The notes under the pieces: model-generated
Seen by the model: the letters and a program-made list of their open reading frames with translations, nothing else
What the model was told of the DNA's origin: nothing
Databases searched by the model: none
DNA from: Euglena gracilis
Taxonomy: Eukaryota
Assembly: GCA_039621445.1 (NCBI GenBank)
Contig: CP154954.1
Coordinates: 39,455,816-39,519,815, forward strand
Direction: 5' to 3'
DNA: 64,000 nucleotides
In this document: piece by piece, positions 44,083 through 57,397 of the stretch
Layout: every line of letters starts with the position of its first letter
Position numbering within the stretch: position 1 is the first letter of the stretch
Made by a program: the position numbers and the translations under genes

Positions 44083-47000
44083 CTTAGACGGCCGGGAATG
44101 CACTTTTCATTTTCGGTGGTTTTTTGCGCACCTGCGCATTCTTTTGTGACCAAGTGTGTCGCCTTCACTTGACGGGGCGGCCGACCCGTCAACTGAAACC
44201 CCTGGTACCAAAACTGGTACCACTACCTTCGATCCCTGGGTTTTTTTCTGGGCAAACCGACTTTTTTCGTTTTGAAAATGACGGTTTGGCACCTCCGCGG
44301 ACCGAGGGAAAACCCCCGTCTGCCGAAGTAGGTGCGACACGAAACGCTGTTTTACGAGGACGAACCCTCGTCAGGTGAAGGCGTTGTACCTGTGGCTGTC
44401 CCCCCTGTTTTGTGGTACCGAGTGAATGCGCAGGTGCGCATTCACCCCCCTCTCCGTCCCGGCCTTTTCCTGAGGTTTTGGACGGTTATTGTGGCTCCCA
44501 GGGGTGGGGGGTGGGAAGGGGGTACAGTGGTCTCTACCGTTAGAGTGGTGGGGAGGTTCTGTGCCCTGTGCTGGAAGCAGGTCATGAGGGGGCGATGGTG
44601 AATGTTTGGTGTGTGCGTGTGGTCTGCATTCAGAGCGTGGTGGGGTGTGTGTGTTAAAATCAAGACCAGATGTCTGTAGGGGAGGGCTCGTTACCCTCCT
44701 CAGGCTGCCTGCTGTTTGCCATCCCACACGGTGCACTGCACCCCGCCTTGACACTTGCAGGCACAGCATCCCTCCAGTGGCGCACGCCGTCCGCTCCGCA
44801 TGTGCCTTCTCACAGGCACCATGGCACATCACCATGTGGGACCACCTGTGTTTAGGTCTGACGTTTGTGATGGGGTGCTGGGTATGAAAGGGGGGGGGGC
44901 TGACTTGCACTCCTCTCCTGTGTGTCACTGGTTTTGAAAGCCACGGAGCGGAGCCCCACTTCAACCCTTTTTGCCACAGACAACACCCTCCAGAACAGCC
45001 CTCACAAACGATGTAAAATGGCTCCTCTCCGAGGTTGCATGAGGATCAAGAATGCGCACATGCGCACTCTTGAGGCCATTCCTTCGCTGGCTGGCTGTGA
45101 TTCTATCTGCAAAAGAGCAGGAGGGGAGCAGCGCTGGGCATCCACAAGAGTGCGCACCTGCGCATTCTGTGAGGGGGAGTGCGCATGTGCGCATTCTCTG
45201 TGTTGTGGGGAGCTGTGTCTCGCACTCCTGAACCCAGTGCCAGCACAGCATTGTGGCAGTGCAACCCCCATGGTGCACTGCTGGCCTTTTTGTTAGCGAT
45301 TTCAGAGGCATCTCGTTGCACAGGTGGATGCCGCCAGAGTAGGGTGTATGTCTCCTGGGCTGTGCCTCCGCCTTGTGTGCTGAGTTGTTTGGCATGGCTG
45401 TGCAGCAACCTCCCACCAGGGTGCTTTAAGGGGAGACACAAGAAGGGAATGCGCATGTGCGCATTCACCCCGATGTGCCATGTTTGACCTCGGCCATTGC
45501 GGATGGGGTGTGTGGAGAAGGTGTGTGCATATGTGCTTTCCCTGGTCTTCACAGCCGCCAGGGGTTGTGTAGTTTGCAGTGTTGGTGCGTCGACTCTGAG
45601 TTCATGATAAATAAGGGTTCTGTGTGGTGGGTGACTTTTGTTGCCAGCAAGGCCACAGGTGGTGGTCCTCCTCTGCCGTGTTTTGCTCCAGGGCTGCCTC
45701 GTCCTCGGACACCATTGGATCCTCACAGGGAGGTCTGCACTTCAACCGTGTGGTTTCAAACCCAGGCCAGGCGGGGGGAGTTGGCATGGGTGGTGGCATA
45801 CCCACCTGGAAGTGAAAATATTCGACGGTGTGGCTGTCATTCAAAGAAAGGCACAGGACGATTTTTTGTGCATGTGCGCATTCACCGGCTTTTCACTCAT
45901 GCCATGAAGGACTGCTGACCGCATTTGGGAATTAGGGTGCCCGTCACTGAGGAATTTCCTCGGGCACTGAAGTCCCTTTCTCATCCGTTTTCCCTTGGTA
46001 CGACACAGTGTAATACACAGAAAAAACAGAACGGAAAATATTCCTGGGTTTATCAGCAAGTTTTTGTTGTGATGTGCTTGTGCCTGTCTCACGATCTCAA
46101 GGGCCTGGAGAAAATTTGGGGCAAGGACTGACCAGTGGTGTTCGCTTCTTTGAGTCCATTTGGATTGTGAATTAATTCTGTGTTTACAGACCGTTTTTGG
46201 GAATGATGCCGAAGGTGGTGACAGGTGTGTTTCGCTCTCGAGGTGCCAACCCCGTGAGCACTGTGTGTGGAACCAGACACAACCCCCTGCGTTGACCCTA
46301 ACTGTGGGGCACAGTGCTCCTGGCACCGTGCACTGCAGCCCAACAGACATAAGGCTGTTCAGGGAGCCAATTGGCTGTGTGCTGCCATGCACGCTCTGGG
46401 GCGTGGGGTCGGACAACGCTGGCAGCAACCGCCCCATCACCTCCCCCAGGTGGGGGACGGTTGCACGTGCGTTGTGACGTGCTCCACACGTTCATTAGAG
46501 CAGTGTGACTCGGCTGGGCACTGGATGCAGCGGGTGAAGTGGAATGCGCAGGTGCGCATTCTGATTTGTTCGGTGACTTGCGCTGCAGGGGGTTAGTTCC
46601 CCTGTTACTGAAGGACATGAATTCGTGCCTTGACTCCTGCCATCACCGAGCCCAGGGTTTTCCATGCTGCAGCAGGTGTCGTGTTTCAGGGTGTGGTCTG
46701 GTACCGCGACATGGTTGCCCAGGGTGATTCTCTTGGTTCATCTCCCCCTCACACACCCGCCCGAAACCACATCATAACGGTGCACAGCTCGCATTCAAGG
46801 CAGGCAAACAACAGGCCATACCCAGTGTGTCTTTCAACATCAATGCGCGTGTGCGCATTCCCCCTTCCCGCAGCCTGTGTCCATTCCAAAAAATGCGCAC
46901 CTGCGCATTCTTTTGGGTTTCCAAAAAAATGCGCAGGTGCGCATTCTTCGGCCCTGATACTCAGTGACACCCCCATTGTTTTGACCTTGGGGGGGCTGTG

Positions 47001-47436
47001 TCTCTGTGGCTGCAAGGTGTTCCCTCCCATGCTCATCCCAGGTTCACCAGGCCCTGCCCCCAGGAGCCATCAGCACCCATCGGTGAACACAAGGTGTCAC
47101 ACCCAGGTCCAGGCTTCCCTGCGTCGTCCGTGTTCCGCATGCTGTGTGGAGTGTGCCGAGTGTGAGCCCAGCCACGCACTGTACCACAGTCGTCGTGAAA
47201 CAGCTGTAAACAGCATGATACGTGGTTGAAGCAGAATACTGGGGGGTGGTCCCTGTGGTCCTCTTAAATCCAAACAGCTCATTTTTACGGTGTTTACCCC
47301 CAGTCTGGAAGAGGCACACAACCCTTCAGAATGCGCACCTGCGCACTCTGCGTCCAAAATGCGCGGATGCGCATTTTCACTAAAACTGTCAGAATTTTGT
47401 GACTCAACAAGAAAAGTGCATTCCCGGCCGTCTAAG
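44083..47436. mobile_element. TIR DNA transposon copy 2 with 5-bp TSD
   Basis: GGAGG|CTTAGACGGCCGGGAATGCACTTTTC...CCGTCTAAG|GGAGG. Lacks the MITE present in copy 1 and about 200 bp of internal sequence. Confidence 0.93.
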
Positions 47437-48874
47437 GGAGGGTTTTTCCTCTTTGTTGCCAGGCTCTGTTTTTTGAGGGGTCGATGCCTTTGGGAGGGAT
47501 ATCCAGCCAAGTGTCTCACTTCCCCCTCTTCATTGTGCTGCCCTTGACCCGGAATATTTTTCGACTCCATGTTTGTACAGAACCCGTGTTTGCAAGGTGC
47601 ACGGGTCCGCTGATGTATTTTGCTGATGTATCCGCTGATGATGATTTGGTGGCCCCCCTTTGGGCCGAGCACCAAACAGGATCCTATTTCCTGGGGGGGT
47701 TGTAAGTGGGGGGGGTTCAGAATTGCTGAAATGTCCAAAACAGCGGACGAAGGATCTTTTGCTTGTCGGCAAATAAAAAGGTGTGGGTTTTTGACGCCAG
47801 GCTGCTTCTTTTTAAATTTGGCGGACCCCGTTGCATATTGGGGGGGGTTGACCCCCCCCGGGCATCCGGCGGCATTCCCGTGTTTCCAGGGGCGGCAACT
47901 TTCTGGTTGAATTTTTCTTGCAACGCCAAAGAATTTTTTTTTCCTTGATGCGGTGGGGTCGGGCCAACCACCTCCCCTCAGCAGGCCTTCCCATACAGCC
48001 CTGGGTTGGTTTGGCGGGTCTGCAGCCAAAGCCCCCCCTCCCCTGGGTCAGGGTTGTCTTAAGCCGGAGGGACCCAACCCCAGGGGCGGGTCCAGCCAGG
48101 CAGCAGCTCCCAGCCGGGCTGCGGACTGTGTCGCCCGGTGTCGCAGTTTCCCCCACTCCCGTGCATGTCCAAGTTGGGCACCCGGGATGGTCAGTTGACA
48201 GTGTGGCCGGCCATTGACCAGCTAAACCCTACCGCAAAAGTGTCTCCCGTTCTGCCTGCCTGCCCACTGTTCCTGTGTCACTTTTTTTGTCACTGGCCGC
48301 AATTTCAATTTCCCCCTCTCTCTGCATTGCAGGAGAAGGGCAGTCCACCTGCTGTTTCTCTCAGAGTTCTGACAGCAGAAAAGCATGTCCATCCCCATCT
48401 GCCCCCGTAGTCATTTTTTTGGTTGCCTGCACGCCTATCCCCATGTTGTGGGCATTTTCGACCATCTGTTTCGTTCGACCAATTTTTTTTCAAAGCATCT
48501 CGAAGATGATGGGAGAATCTAAGGAAGCACCCAGAGACCCGAGGCAAAGCCCTTGGAACGCCAACGCCAACACCACTTTCCATCCAAAGACGAACTTTGA
48601 GACGTTCCTCTCCTCATTTCGAATGCCACTGTATTACCAAATCCTGTTGCTGCCAGGATACAGTATCACTACCTGGCCACAGGGGGACCGAAAAGCAACA
48701 GTCAAGGAGTGGTGGCTGGGCCTGCTCTGGGGTTTGAGGGTTCCATGGCCCGCTCCTGACAGGAGTGAGTATACCCTTTCGAACGGTGCTGCGGAGCTGG
48801 TCCGAACCGTGCATGTGACAGCCCCATTGTGAGACTGACCGATGCGCTTGAGCACATTCCGCGGGGCATGCTGG

Positions 48875-48898
48875 TTTTTTCCCGCCCTCCCCCCGCAG
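48875..48898 (+). promoter_or_regulatory. Probable spliced-leader trans-splice (or 5'UTR) acceptor
   Basis: Pyrimidine tract plus CAG ending 8 nt upstream of the ATG at 48907. Use as an SL acceptor is inferred from euglenozoan biology. Confidence 0.45.
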
Positions 48899-48906
48899 CC
48901 CCCACC

Positions 48907-51900
48907 ATGTCGGAGCTGTTCGAGACGTACGAGCGGGAGTTCTGCGACCTCTCCGGGGCGATCACATGCGACCTGAATGACCTGCAGACCGGCGCGGCCC
49001 GCAGCAAGGCCGGGGCACTGGAGGCGAAGTTCGCCACGCTGCAGGAGTCGCTGCGCAACATGGAGGTGGAGCTGGCCAGCCTGCCCGCCGCGAAGAAGGC
49101 CCGGGCAGGCCGCCGGGCTCTTCCCTGGTCGCTGGGTTGCGCGGTGCTTTTTTTTCCTTTCGCCAGCAGCATCCCTTGGGTAGGCCGCATTGCCGATGAG
49201 GTCTCATATGGCACAAAGTGAACACACCCCAACTGCAGGGTGTGCTACTGTTGTGGAGGGGGTGGATGTGACTGGGGGTTTTGGGGAGTCGTTCAGAAGT
49301 CCAGTTGTCGGTTTGCAGTGGCTGCCAGTGAAAGAAGTTGATCCCACCAACAGTAGTTTCAGTGTGCGTACGTCTGGGGACGATGTCTGTCATTGGTTTC
49401 CCCTGGTGAACAGTTCTGCCCGACGCCCTGCAAGCAGCTCAGTGTACGTCTCCGCAATTTCCAGGCCAATGCCAACAACCTGAAGAAGGAATTTGAAAAG
49501 GCAAAAACAGCTGCAGGTGTGTCCATTATGTCCAACCCTGTCCCGGTCGTGGGGGAGGGGGGCGGCGGCCCGGCAACCCCAGATGCCGAAGAAATGCACA
49601 ATCCATTGGAACTGCATATAAGACCCAAAAATGCAACAGCAAATCCAAAGTTCAACCAAAATCCAAACCCCCATGAAACTGTGAAGATGCTCCCCCAAAT
49701 TGGTTGATTTCTGTGTTTCTGTTTTATCTGAGTTTTTTTTAATTTTACCCATCCTTAGTTTGCTTAAATTGGCATTTTGGAGACAATTTTTGCTCATTGC
49801 TCAAAATCCTTCTTTTAGGACTTATTTCGGACACTCCTGCGGGAAAGTTTATTTCGGCCGAATTCTTCATCAAAATCAAAAGTGGACCTCCAAAAATAAG
49901 ATCCCCCTTGGGATTATCAGCAACCGACCCAAAAGGGAGACCCAGGATATTATTCTGTGGGGGTATTAAGGTTCCATTTAGACACTGGCATTAGGTTTTG
50001 TTGGTATTGGTTTTAGGGTTGTTGCTCATTTTACTTGTTTTTTTCAGCAGTGTTTAGCGGTGTCCACAGGCATTCAATAGTGTAGGGGCCAAATTTGGGA
50101 GAAATTGCAAACAGGTGCAAAAAAAAAACATTTGAATTTCCCACCTCATCTTCTGAGCAATCTGTGGAATGGCCGGAATTCATTGCACCTTCAGTGTTCA
50201 AGTCCAGAAAAAAAAATTGAACAAAAATTGCGGAAATTGCGGAAACATAGAGGGCCTGAGCAGTGCTCATTAGCGAGCAAGGTTCAGAACCTTCCCAGGA
50301 GGAGTTTCTCCCTCACAGCTTTGTCACTCTGTGCCCTTTTTGCTTCTCCTTGAGGTTGCTAACAGATTTCTGTTCTGAAAGAAACCGTTTCGGAAAAGAT
50401 TTCCGTTCAAAGAAATTTCTGTTCTGATATCAAAAGTCAGAATAAAGAATTAAAAATTTATCAATATTTGAGTTCTTTTTTAATCAGCTCACAGAAGAAA
50501 GCTTCCAAGAAAAAAAACCCGATGTGTCGTCATTGGGTTTGCACCCCCCCACCTGCCACTAACCCAGGGTATCTGGGACCCCCCCCCAAATTTCCCTTCT
50601 GGCGCTCGGGCGGAATATTTTGGGGATTTTTGGCAGATTTTTCCCCAAAGTGCCCAAAATGGTTCTTTTGGCCGACTTTGAGGGGCAAAAAATTCGGCCT
50701 GGTGCTTTGCGCCCGGCCGAATGCCACCTGCCCAGACCGTTCCACTGTGCAGGAGGGTCCCCCCCCCCCCCGCTGCTGAACCGGAGGAGGGGTCCGACCC
50801 CCCCCCCAACCTGCCCTTATATCAAACCCTGGGCTGGGACTGTCGGAATGCCTCCCTCCTGGACGAGCAGTCAGCGGAAGTGAACTTCCCAGTCAGGGAT
50901 CGTGGCTTATGCCTGATGGTCACACCATTCGCAGCCTCCCCCCTCCCCCCCCCACCAGCCACCCACCCCTTCTCGATGCTGGTGTTGCTGCAGGGCGGAA
51001 GGAGCTCGTCGGTGGCTCTGCAAACCGCTACATTTCGCCCCAGGACGAGGACCACAGGTGGCAGTCTCTGCCCCCCCATTGCCCCGTCACATGTGATTGG
51101 GACGTTGCAGATTGTGGGACCGGCTGGGCTGTGGGCTTGCTTGTTACCCATGGAAGGTGCATATTTCCGAAAATTTAAAAAGACGACTTTTTGTTGCACT
51201 ATGGACCTTCCACGTCGTTCTAAAAATGAAATCTGCCTTTGTGAGTTTGAGTTTGTTTCGTCAATTTGTCTTTTTTGCTGCATTCATTGAGGTCGATGTT
51301 GTGTTCATCCTCCCCCTCCCCCCTCAACAGAGCATTGGAAACCTCGTGGCGGCCTGGGCATCCGTTCCCCATGGTTGCAGGGAGCGGCTGCAGGCCAACA
51401 CGGACCGCTTGTCCAAGCAGAACGAGACACTGAAGAACGCCCGCCGCCTAGTGGCGGAGATGGAGGACCTCGGGTGTGTGAACTTGTGCGCGTGCACACG
51501 CATGCATGGGTGCATGGGCGTGGGTGTGGGTGTGGGTGTGGGTGGGTGTGTGTGTGTGTGTGTGTGTGTGTCTGTTTGTGTAAGTACGTCGGAGAGCTCA
51601 AAACCAGCGGCATCCTCCATCCTGATGGGGAATGCCCGAACCCCTATGGGTGTTGGGAGGTGGTCCGCCCCACCTTGCGTGGTGACATGGCGGGTCGACC
51701 CACCCTCTCTGCCTCCTCCCGGGGGAGAAGGCATCTGACCGAAAAAGCATCACCAGGCCAAAAGAGGGGATTAACGGCACCAAACAAACAGCCGCAATGC
51801 AATGCACACACGGGGGGGGGGGGGTCGATCTCCCCCAACCAGGCCTTCCCGCCCTGCCGTGCCCGTCCCCTGCCGTGGGCGGCCCCTACCTGCCCCCCCC

Positions 51901-54511
51901 CCCCACGGCCGCCAGGGAGGACACGTCCAGCCGCCTGCGGCAGCAGCGGGAGGGGATGGAGCGGACGCTGGGCACCGTGCGGGAGACCAACCAGGAGGTG
52001 GGGGGGGGGGGGGGGCTTGCGGGGTGGGTGGGGTGGGGTGGGATGAGGTGTTCTGTCTTTTCCAGAATTATCAGTAGCGACCCTGACTGCAATCACAAAC
52101 CACCCACACAAATCACACAGACCCGTGCCCATGAGCTTCCTGGAAATGAAAAGCTGAACAACTACCAAAATTCTATCGAAATCTGTCGAAATTCTTCAAC
52201 AGAAATGGTAGCACGGTATGTGCCCTGAGTTCAGTTCAATTCGCCCCCTCAAAACCCCCCCTTGCTTGAATGTTTTTTGCAATCCCTTCATTGTAAGCTG
52301 GTTGATTCGAAACTCTCCTGGTGGGAGGGGTACGCGTGGAGGAGGGAGGCTGGGCTCAGGGTTTTTTTTTTTAGCCTTGGACCCCAGGGGGGTAGGGTGG
52401 GTGGGTCCGGCCGAGCCCCCCACCCCCCCCCCCCCTGGGGGGTCCCCCCAGAGGGGGGTGGGATATACTTTTTGGCTCCCGAGTGCACCGAAATTCTTTG
52501 AAAAAAGGCGCTATTCTTAGCATTTTTTTGCGATTTTTTAGCTTTTTCGGGGAAAGGTCCCCCGGGACCCCCCCTGCCCCCCCCCCCCCCCAGGGGTGGG
52601 TGGATGGGGGGACCCCCCTCTCCCCCCAGTCTTAAAAAACCGCTGGCTGCCCTTGACAGGAATCCTATGGGTGGCGCGCCGACGGCCCTCCATCTCCTTG
52701 CTGGGAGGGGTTCGGGGCCCTTTATTCAGGGGCGTCGGTTTTTAAGGCCATGACCTTCCCCGGGTGTTTTTGGAGCCAAAGGACTTTACCTTTGCGATGT
52801 TGCGATGGGCTTGGAGGGGGTCCGACTACCCCCCCCCCTTCCTCCCGGGTTTGGCTCTCTTCCAGGCGTACCTCAAAGTTTTGGGCTGCAGGATTGCACC
52901 GCCGGTGCCCCTTGGGGCCCCTTTGCCAGGCCTCAGGAACCGGCGTCCCCGGGCAGCCTCGCAGACCCCGTCTGTGCGCTGCCCGGCGGCGTATGACTGA
53001 CCCCCCCCCCTGCGCCGCTGCAGATGACGCGGACGCGCAAGATCCTGTCCATGATCCAGCGGCGGTCGCTCATGAACAAGCTGATCATCATCGCCGTCAT
53101 CCTGGTCCTCACGCTGACCGTCTTCCTCATCGTCTATTTCGGGCGGGCCGGCCCTCAAAACGTTTCGGCTGCAGGTCGAACCTGTGCTCCGGTGGCAATG
53201 ATATGTTGGTCGAGCGGTATCCTGTCACCCAACAAGAGAAGTCGTGCTTGCTGGGATGACACTCATCACCACCACTCTTTCCTTCTACAGGGGCACTGGT
53301 TTTTTACGTCCCCTCGGTGCCTTCTCCGCCGAAGGAAAATTTTTTTTGGCTTCCTTTCTCGGGTGGAGGGTTTCAATCAACGCCTCCACCGAATTTTTTC
53401 CCATCAACACCTCCTTTCTGTGCAACCCTGTGCATCCTCCGATTTTCAGTGCAAAACTGCCGCAGCTTTTGAAGAAATTAACTGACCCCCCCACCCAGAG
53501 GGGACCCAAGGGTAGTGGGTTGGGTCCGAGCCAAGCCCTTGCAAGGCCCATGTTTTTTTGATACTTGGAGAGCACTGCCGCCGTGATGGCACCAGCCTTC
53601 GCTGCTCTCCTCTCGCAGCAGTTGCCATCCCATACCCTCCCTAATGGTCTTCACACCCCATTGGCCAGTGTTTGGGTTCGGGGCTGCCCATCGGACGAGC
53701 CTCAATTCCCAGCGCTGCACGTACAGGGGTTGACGGCGGGGCCCTTGCCCGGCGCAGTGGCGGGGGGGGGGGGGGGGGGGGGGCAGCCCCAGCTCTCTCC
53801 GTTGCTCCGCCCGTTTGGCCGGCCCGGGGCCAAGTGGATCGCCCCACTCTTCAACAACACTGTCACGCCGCCTCCTACCACCCCGCCGATGCCGTCGCCC
53901 TCCCCTTCCGTGGCGGACGGTGGCCAGGCGTCTTCTTGATGCGGAAGACCCCCGGGGGGGCGTCGGGCCTGGACCCCTCAGGGAAGCCCTCCGGTTTCGA
54001 GGTACGTGGTGGGGGATGGGTCCTGACCCCCAAATCAGGCCGTCTGAAAGGCATTTCCCAAAGAATTTTCTGTTGCTTTGAGCCGAAAATTTCCATGGGA
54101 TTTCGGCTTTTGCTCGGAAACCCACACTCAGGCCTCCTGCTGGGGAAGGAGGGATGCAAGGGAACCCCGGAGGGGGGTGGTGGGCCCGGACCCACCCCCA
54201 ACACAGAGGGGGTTCATCCCTCATAAGGCTTAAAACTGAGGGGGAAAGGCATCTTTTTTGATTTCCCGGTGCGCAGAGGGGGGGAAATTTTTCACTATTT
54301 TTGGAACCTGCCAAGGAGGGGGGACGGGGGGTCCCAACACAGGCTGTCAGCATCCAGGGGCATCTGGGCTTTACCCCCTCGGAGGAGGGGGCCTCAAAAG
54401 AAGCCTGACGGGGGCATCGTCGCCCCGCCCGCCTCCAGCCCGGAGCCGCTGCCCACGCGCCGGGCTGCGGTCCTGCAGAGCCTTGGCGCCCGGTTCCGGC
54501 TGCGCGGGTAA
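48907..54511 (+). CDS. VTI1: Vti1-like Qb-SNARE (Habc, SNARE motif, TM) with a C-terminal extension
   Basis: Exons 48907-49102/49104, 49436/49438-49516, 50994-51057, 51381-51473, 51916-51997, 53024-53140, 53832-53921, 54413-54511 (TAA). MSELFETYEREF...NMEVELASLP...LRNF...RERLQANTDRL...ARRLVAEMEDLG...LRQQRE...RKILSMIQRRSLMNKLIIIAVILVLTLTVFLIVYFKW... matches Vti1 family hallmarks. Confidence 0.88.
52357..52645. mobile_element. MITE of the same family as intron element 8583-8843, here inside a GT-AG intron
   Basis: CAGGGTTTT..TAGCCTTGGACCCC..GGGTAGGGTGGGTGGGTCC..GTCTTAAAAAACCGCTG; flanks GCTGGGCT and GCTGCCCT. A truncated relative lies at ~14153-14270. Confidence 0.75.
53141..53831 (+). other. 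Non-conventional intron
   Basis: GGG-CGGGCCGGCC (53144-53153) is perfectly complementary to GGCCGGCCCG (53817-53826)-GGGCC. No GT at the exon end. Removal gives IVYF|KWIAP. Confidence 0.78.
53922..54412 (+). other. Non-conventional intron formed by MITE 53925-54407 plus one TSD copy
   Basis: ACGGTGGC|CAGGCGTCTTCTTGA...TCAAAAGAAGCCTG|ACGGGGGC (TSD 7/8). Removal gives ADG|GIVAPP...LRG*. Confidence 0.75.
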
Positions 54512-55087
54512 GCCAGCGGGCTGGCTGGCCGGGGGCCCGGTTCCGTGTTCAGTCGCTGTGCCGCGGTGGTTTCAGATGCGGGAGCTCTCATTGTCCCAGA
54601 AGCTTTCAGCGGCCGGACCTCCTCCATTTGGGGGGTCAGTTGAAATTAAGTGAAACTCAGCCCAACCAGGTTGGCTGAAATTTTTTTTGGCCACGAAGTG
54701 CACAATGTTTTTGAAAACAGAGGTTGGAACCGATGAAAAAAGGGTGCTGGAAAATGAAGTGGTTTGGAGGCTTTTCTATCAGAAAACCCATTTTGTCACA
54801 GAGTCATTAAAGACTTGCAGCTTGGAAAACGCGTTGGCTGGGAAGAAGGTTCTGGCAAGCCCATAGAGACAGGGGGGCCGGCCGGCTGCTCAGACCTCCA
54901 AAGTGACTCCAAAACCATAGAACACACTCAAAATTAGTTTCAGTCTCTCTCTTTTCCCATTTGCTTCCAGAATGGTTCTGTAATTGACTTGTTTTTTCCT
55001 GGGGGGTTGGCTTTTTTTGGAGGCAGAATTTTTTCTTGGTGCGCCCACCCATTCAGACGCCAGCAAATGCACAGACACGCGCGACAA

Positions 55088-55108
55088 ACACACACACACA
55101 CACACACA

Positions 55109-55140
<32 letters not shown>

Positions 55141-55260
55141 CAGCAGCACACACACTCACACGCTCGCGCGCACACATGCATACACATGCGCACACGGACT
55201 CATGCCCACACAACACTCGCAGGCACACCCACTTGCACACACCCCCCCACACACACACAG
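55088..55260. repeat. CA/CACG microsatellite
   Basis: Directly visible. Confidence 0.9.
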
Positions 55261-56989
55261 AGCCGTCCTGGCCTTGCCACTCAGGTGCTCCTGCTTTTTG
55301 CCCACTTCTCTGTTTTTGTGTCCCTTCGAACCCCTCCCCCCTGACCCATTGCTCCGCTTCCCTGAAAATGTCGGTGCGGCGGGTGCTTTTCTTCCAAGGC
55401 CCTGTCGCACAAAACCCATGGCATGCCGATGCCAAAGGGGAGTCTTTGGAGGGATGGGATGGTGGCAGCGCTTCCCAGCCCCGTTCCTCCACCCCAGCAA
55501 TTCCTTTCCAGTTTCATAAAAGGGGGAATGGGTAGAGCCAACACATGGACAGGCAACGCACTTTGGGTAAAACACCCTGTGATTTATATGGCAGTAGTCA
55601 ACATTTGAGCCGTCACTAAGGAACAACCTCCGCCGTCCGGCGTAGTTCACAAGCAATCGTACTACGAAAAAAATTGCAAACAATCGCATTTTCTGCATTA
55701 TTTTGCATATTCATATTTTGCTTTTCCGTCTTCTGGGGGGACACTTGCACAGGCAAACTGCTCTTCAACCAGACAACTGGAGGTTGCATATTTCACATTT
55801 TTGGACCAATTTCACATTAACAACAGTTACAAAATGAAATATACCTTCTCCTTCCCATGTCTCAGCACCGGAAAGGATGGGTGAGGACCAGGGGGATGAG
55901 GGTGTTTTGACAAGGGGGGAAAAACTGAATGTTAAAAAAAATTCCAGTCCTTCGTGCCGAAAAGGGGTCCACTGTTGAAATTACAGGAATTTTTATGAAA
56001 AAGATCGCCGATATCTTCGGAAGTTGCGGAACTGTCGAATTTTTATGTCTCTTAAAAACTCTTTTAAAAACACATGCAAAATGAGGCACCCCAGAGGATG
56101 ACCTTCTAAAAACATGGGCAAGGACCGGGGGGAGTGCTCAAGGGTGGTAGAGCCCCCTGATAAGTGCGCAGTGCCCTAAAGATGCACAGTGCCCTGATCA
56201 GTGCGCACCCCCGAAGGGTGCGAAACTGCCTCCCTAAAAAGTGCCCCCAAAACCCCCCAAAAGTGCTCCCCCTCAAAAAAGAGAAACCGCCATCATATCC
56301 CAGTCGGAAAACACACACAATTATGCTGAAGGCCCCCTAACTGTCCTCCCCAGACCAAATGCTTCCATCGTCCGAGCCCAAATTTGACACATAATCACTT
56401 GGCTCATTGCTTAACATCACAAGAAGGGGAAACCCCTGAAAAAGAGCTGGGAAAAATATATATTTTGTGCTTTACCCTAACAATTGCGCAGTGCCCTCAT
56501 AAGTGCGCACCCCTTCAGGATCGGGAAATTGTACAGCCCCCGAGAGCTCCTGAAAGGAAATCAATTCAATTTACATTTTTCATTTTTTTTGCTTTTTTGT
56601 TGGCATTTTTTGCATTTTATTTCAAAAAATTTTGCTTTGAATGTTTGAGGGGAATATTTCCCTCAGTGGAAAATCTTCCCTGAAGGAGGTGAGCTGGGAG
56701 CTCCTGAAGGATTTCATGTGTGCAACTTTTTTTGAGTTGTTTTTGCATTTATTGGTGTTTTTTGTGGCACGTTTTTCGAGCATCCCCTGATGGGAACAAA
56801 ACAATCAACAGAGTAAGCTTGGTTTGTTTATGGCCCTCTTGAGCGATGTGTGGGGTGGGAGAGCATACCCACCTCCTCTGCGCGCCTGCATTGTTGCTGT
56901 GGAGTGGGCTGCATGCTTGCCAGCCTCTGCCCAGCCCCCGGGACCAAGCACCTGTGACACTGAATGGGTGTGGAACTTGACCGGGCGCA

Positions 56990-57190
56990 ACTGCGCGTGA
57001 TTGTGTGTGACTGTGTGTGATCGGACGTGACTGCACGCGATTGTGTGTGACTGCACGTGACCAGCGTGACTGCGCGTGATTGTGTGTGACTGCATGTGAC
57101 CGGACGTGACTGCACGTGATTGTGTGTGACTGCATGTGACCGGACGTGGCTGCGCGTGATTGTGTGTCACTGCACGTGACCGGACGTGGT
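56990..57190. repeat. Minisatellite of ~10-nt GTGACTGCAC-type subunits with a ~40-nt higher-order unit
   Basis: GTGATTGTGTGTGACTGCATGTGACCGGAC repeated. Confidence 0.85.
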
Positions 57191-57397
57191 TGGGTCACCG
57201 GTGTTTGCCCAGGACTGGCCCTCCCGCAGCCGGGGGACACCCCGCCGGGGTCAGGAAGCCCTTGGCGCCCTGTGGGATCCCCTGGCTAGGCCGATGGCCT
57301 CCTTGCCCAACTGAGCGAGCCATGTGGGTTCTCTGAGGAGTGGCGTCGTGGGGGGCAACGTTCTTGTTAGCAAGTACACGTCTGAGCATATTTGGGG

